Source: an uncultured Opitutales bacterium
GTDB lineage: Bacteria; Verrucomicrobiota; Verrucomicrobiia; Opitutales; Intestinicryptomonadaceae
Direction of reading: 5' to 3'
Assembly: GCA_944389215.1 (NCBI GenBank)
Contig: CALXLN010000088.1
Span: 24,379 to 88,378, forward strand
Length of the DNA stretch: 64,000 nucleotides
The stretch's first letter is position 1. The number at the start of each line of letters is the position of its first letter. This document shows, one piece after another, positions 60,482 to 64,000 of this stretch. Made by a program: the position numbers and the translations under genes. The notes under the pieces are model-generated. The model did not search any database, was not told where the DNA came from, and worked only from the letters and a program-made list of their open reading frames with translations.

Positions 60482-62281
60482 TTATTTATCGGGCTCGACC
60501 CATTTGCCTTCCGCTTTTATAAATTCCACAAGCCGCTCTATCGACTGCTCCTGCGGAATATTAACTTCCACGCATTTTTTGCCTCTATAGAGGTTGATTT
60601 TACCGGGAGCGCCGCCGACGTAGCCGAAATCGGCGTCTGCCATTTCTCCGGGGCCGTTTACAATGCAGCCCATTACGGCGATTGTTACATCTTTCAAATG
60701 GGATGTTGCCTTTTCTATTTTAGCGACTGCTTCCTGTATGTTGTACAGCGTCCTTCCGCAACTGGGGCAGGCTATGTATTCGGCTTTGCTTTTGCGCGCG
60801 CGCGCGCCTTGAAGTATTGCCAGCGCGTACGCAGCGTTCTTATCTGGACTATCCGAAATCTCCGCCGATACTATGTCTCCTATCCCGTCTGCCAGCAACG
60901 AACCTATGTAAATAGAGGCTTCATTGAGCTTGGAGAGTTCGTCGGCTTCTTTGTTGACGAGCTTAGAATCGTCGAATTTAAGCCAAATCGGGGCTTTGGA
61001 TGATAGTGCCTTTAGCTTTGCGGACAAGGCTCTCGCTTCGCCCACGGCGTGGCGCCCTTCTTCGGGGGCGGGCGCGATTAAAATCAGCTTTTCGGAGTTT
61101 AGCGAATCGGAAAATTTCTCCAAGTCGGCGGTTTTTATTTGCGCGGCAACAACCGACTCCTTCAAGTCTTGGGCGAGTTTTGCCGGATCTTCTGATTCAT
61201 AGGCCTTTATTTTTATTTTGTCGGTTTGCGAGCCGTCAAACGGCAGGTCGGCCTTTTCGCATTTGCCGAAAGACGCGACGGCGGGAACGTTGTCTTTGCC
61301 TATTTTTACATTTCCGCAGTCTATGCAGACGCTCTCCCTGCGGTTGTAGGAGTAAAAGTCTATTTTTTCGTCGAATTGTCCGACGGCTTTTTGGGCGCGC
61401 ACGCTTTCGGCAAGGCGCGCAAGGTCTTTTGCAACCGGGATTTCCTCGACGGGATCCTCTGTCAGGGACACTCTGATTGTGTCGCCGATTCCGTCGAACA
61501 GCAATCCGCCTATTCCCATTGAACTTTTTATTCTGGCGTCCGTGCCAAAGCCGGCTTCCGTTACGCCGAGGTGCAGGGGATAGGAGAATCCTTCCTCTTT
61601 CATCATTTTTACCGCCAGCCTGTATGTTTGAGTCATGATGCGCGTATTGCTGGCCTTGAATGAAAAGCAGAAATTGTGGAAATTCAAATCGCGGCAGATG
61701 CGCGCAAACTCAAATGCGGCTTCAACCATTCCGTATGACGTGTCGCCGTATCTGCGTATTATTCTGTCGGATAGGGAGCCGTGGTTTGTGCCTATGCGCA
61801 AAGCTCTTCCGAGCTCCTTGCAGCGCAACACAAGGGGAGTGAATTTTTGGCGGACTTTGTCAAGTTCGGCTTCGTATTCCGCGTCGGTATAGTCGGGTTT
61901 GCCGTCGAGTTTTTTGTCGGTGAAGTTTCCGGGATTTACGCGGATTTTTTCGACGTGCTCTACAGCCTCCATTGCGGTCGCGGGCAGGAAATGTATGTCG
62001 GCTACAAGCGGCGTGGAGAATCCGGCTGCACGAAAATTTTTCGATATGTCTTTTAGCGCGCGCGCGGCGTCGAGATTTTGGGCGGTCAGCCTGATTATCT
62101 CGCATCCTGCCTCGGCAAGCTGTATGCACTGCTTTACGGACGCTTCGACATCCTGGGTTTTGGTGTTAGTCATAGACTGCACCACTATATGGGCGTCTCC
62201 TCCGATTTTTACTCCGCCAACGTCTATTTTGGCAGTCGGGGTTTTTACGCAGTTAAATCTGGATAGGCAATAGTTATTCAT
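60482..62281 (-). CDS. ispG: (E)-4-hydroxy-3-methylbut-2-enyl-diphosphate synthase, long form
   Basis: VQSMTNT, ADIHF, RVNPGN, RIGTNHGSL, HLGVTEAG, GDTIRVSLT, ACPSCGRT, VMGCIVNGPGE. Confidence 0.97.
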   Translation of the reverse strand: MNNYCLSRFNCVKTPTAKIDVGGVKIGGDAHIVVQSMTNTKTQDVEASVKQCIQLAEAGCEIIRLTAQNLDAARALKDISKNFRAAGFSTPLVADIHFLPATAMEAVEHVEKIRVNPGNFTDKKLDGKPDYTDAEYEAELDKVRQKFTPLVLRCKELGRALRIGTNHGSLSDRIIRRYGDTSYGMVEAAFEFARICRDLNFHNFCFSFKASNTRIMTQTYRLAVKMMKEEGFSYPLHLGVTEAGFGTDARIKSSMGIGGLLFDGIGDTIRVSLTEDPVEEIPVAKDLARLAESVRAQKAVGQFDEKIDFYSYNRRESVCIDCGNVKIGKDNVPAVASFGKCEKADLPFDGSQTDKIKIKAYESEDPAKLAQDLKESVVAAQIKTADLEKFSDSLNSEKLILIAPAPEEGRHAVGEARALSAKLKALSSKAPIWLKFDDSKLVNKEADELSKLNEASIYIGSLLADGIGDIVSAEISDSPDKNAAYALAILQGARARKSKAEYIACPSCGRTLYNIQEAVAKIEKATSHLKDVTIAVMGCIVNGPGEMADADFGYVGGAPGKINLYRGKKCVEVNIPQEQSIERLVEFIKAEGKWVEPDK

Positions 62282-64000
62282 GGTTTTTAAATGAAATGTC
62301 TTTTATGTAGTAGGCGGATTGGATTTCGTCGGCGGCCGCCATATCGCTGTCTCCCTTCCAGCGTGCGAATCCTATATAGACCACGTAGACCATTAGCGAT
62401 ATGAACAACAGAGAAAATCCTCCCTGAATCGCCGCGAAGAAAGCCGGAGGCAGAGGTTTTCCGCGCAGTTTTTCAATGACGGCGAAAAGTATGTGGCCTC
62501 CGTCCAGGACGGGAATCGGCAGCATATTCAAAAAAGCCAGGTTTATGTTCAGCAGCACCGCAAAGGACAATACCAGCGAGAAATCGGAAAGTGAAAGTTT
62601 ATAAATTACCCTGCCTATATCTACAGGGCCCGCCAAACTGCTTATTCCGATGTCGCTTTTGGGGTTCAAAAGGCTTGATAGCGCGTTGTACGTGCGTTCG
62701 ATGCTGTCTGTAAACTGTTCTATGATATCCGGATGGTTTACGACGGTTGCGTTTTCTAGCATGTATCCGAGCATCATTTTTGTCTCAGGCGGAACTATCC
62801 GCGAAGACGATCCGCGCGGCAGCCAATAATCTTTGAATATTCCGTCTTTAACAAAGGACATTTTTATATGCGCCTTGGATGAAATTGCATTTACGATTGT
62901 GTTTACGTCAGATAGAGACTTTACGGGTTTGTCGTCCATCTCGTATAGAACGGAGCCAACCGGTATCTTTAGCGTAAAATTCGCGGTTTTTACCTCGAAT
63001 ACTTTTAGTGCTACCGCATCCGGCGCCTTTTTTTCATCCGGTGTGGGCGCTGCTATTATGGATATTTCGCCGTCTTTGCCCGGCATTGTTAACCGGCACA
63101 AACTGCGCGTCAGCTTTACTTGCCGCGGAAATACTTTCAGATCGATTTTTTCCCCGTTTCGCATTATTCCTACGGTTGCTTCTTCGCCGGATTCAAGCTT
63201 GTTTAGGATGTCGGAGAGTTGTTGGTTTGAATACAGCTTTCTGCCGTTTATTGCTACAACTTCGTCTCCCTCTTTTATGCCGGCTTCCTCTGCTGGGGAA
63301 TTATCCATTACTTTGCCGACTTTCATTTGCATGGCGGGCGACACTCCTATCATTCGGATTCTGTCCCCAGTGGCGGTGTTGGTTTTTACTAAAACAGGCG
63401 AGAGATTTACGTCAAAAATTTTTCCGTTTCGCTCTATTTTTATGGCGGCGGACGGCTTGCCGTTTTTGTCCCGGCCCGAACCAATAGCCACGCGCTCTAT
63501 TATCTGCATGAAATTGTCCACTTCGCCGCCGTCTATCGACACGATTCTGTCTCCGGGTTTAATTCCGGATTCAAACGCCGGGGATTTTATTTCCGTTCCG
63601 TCCGCGTCCGTTATTTTTTCCGGCACATATCCGACCGTGGTTGTTTTGTATGCTTGGGATTCCGGAATTCCTATAGCCCACACAATTGCGGCAAGAACTC
63701 CTGCAAAGAGCACGTTGAAAAACGCGCCGGCGGCGCTTACAATTATTTTGTCAGATACAGACGCTTTGGGGAGATTTTTCAATTCATCCATTTCTCCTTC
63801 GGATTCGTCTCCGCCTTCCAGCGCTCCCATATCCGCCAGTTGAGGAAGGGCGACATAGCCTCCGAAGGGCAGGAGGGACACCATATATTTGCATCCGTCG
63901 CGTCCTTCCCAAGCAAATATTTTGGGACCGAATCCTATCGAAAATCTCAGCACTTTCAGCCCGCGCGCTTTGGCCGCCAGAAAATGTCCGAACTCGTGGA
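62274..64000 (-). CDS. rseP: RIP metalloprotease RseP (5' end lies beyond the window)
   Basis: HEFGH at 63998-63984, FSIGFGP, PFGGYV, PDZ domains, LNMLPIPVLDGGH. Confidence 0.95.
   Translation of the reverse strand, partial: HEFGHFLAAKARGLKVLRFSIGFGPKIFAWEGRDGCKYMVSLLPFGGYVALPQLADMGALEGGDESEGEMDELKNLPKASVSDKIIVSAAGAFFNVLFAGVLAAIVWAIGIPESQAYKTTTVGYVPEKITDADGTEIKSPAFESGIKPGDRIVSIDGGEVDNFMQIIERVAIGSGRDKNGKPSAAIKIERNGKIFDVNLSPVLVKTNTATGDRIRMIGVSPAMQMKVGKVMDNSPAEEAGIKEGDEVVAINGRKLYSNQQLSDILNKLESGEEATVGIMRNGEKIDLKVFPRQVKLTRSLCRLTMPGKDGEISIIAAPTPDEKKAPDAVALKVFEVKTANFTLKIPVGSVLYEMDDKPVKSLSDVNTIVNAISSKAHIKMSFVKDGIFKDYWLPRGSSSRIVPPETKMMLGYMLENATVVNHPDIIEQFTDSIERTYNALSSLLNPKSDIGISSLAGPVDIGRVIYKLSLSDFSLVLSFAVLLNINLAFLNMLPIPVLDGGHILFAVIEKLRGKPLPPAFFAAIQGGFSLLFISLMVYVVYIGFARWKGDSDMAAADEIQSAYYIKDISFKNHE

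Noticed and set aside
62833-63843. 336-aa antisense ORF over rseP, and similar long antisense ORFs over fumA, lysA, mrdA, the peptidase and the AsmA-like gene
   Set aside because: Ser/Phe-rich mirror translations of real genes, with no RBS or domain signal

Overview
Gene-dense core-chromosome segment with about 55 CDSs. I recognised no rRNA, tRNA, CRISPR array, transposase or prophage. The gene types (long-form IspG, putative Na+/H+ antiporter of the PF07399 type, several unassignable envelope proteins, PilD with contracted Cys motifs) suggest a PVC-superphylum bacterium, probably Verrucomicrobiota/Opitutales. That taxonomy is inferred from recall, not from a search. Blocks in order: (1) class-III aminotransferase-yggS-aroE-pilD-xerC; (2) fumarase and antiporter on the minus strand; (3) a short AsmA-like gene, then a coupled four-gene operon of uncharacterised exported/membrane proteins (9733-14597), followed by tatA, uup and pta; (4) an 844-aa lipoprotein with an internal duplication; (5) a minus-strand operon dsbD-lysA-thioesterase-GT-C glycosyltransferase-large AsmA-like protein-panB-SET-domain protein; (6) mreBCD-mrdA, a secreted glycoside-hydrolase-like protein, ribE and an EEP nuclease/phosphatase; (7) an mnmE block; (8) a 13-gene run: Xaa-Pro peptidase, apparently inactive HtrA-like PDZ protein, six-gene TtpB/TtpC/ExbB/ExbD/TonB/TPR energiser, folP-folB-folK, rsmI, ppx; (9) nucleoside hydrolase, esterase, gyrBA, ispG and a partial rseP. 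The best candidates for undescribed biology are the 9.7-14.6 kb envelope operon, the pseudo-protease plus receptor-less TonB2-type module, the duplicated lipoprotein, and degenerate repeats shared between convergent intergenic regions. All functional calls come from motif recognition by eye; no searches were run.
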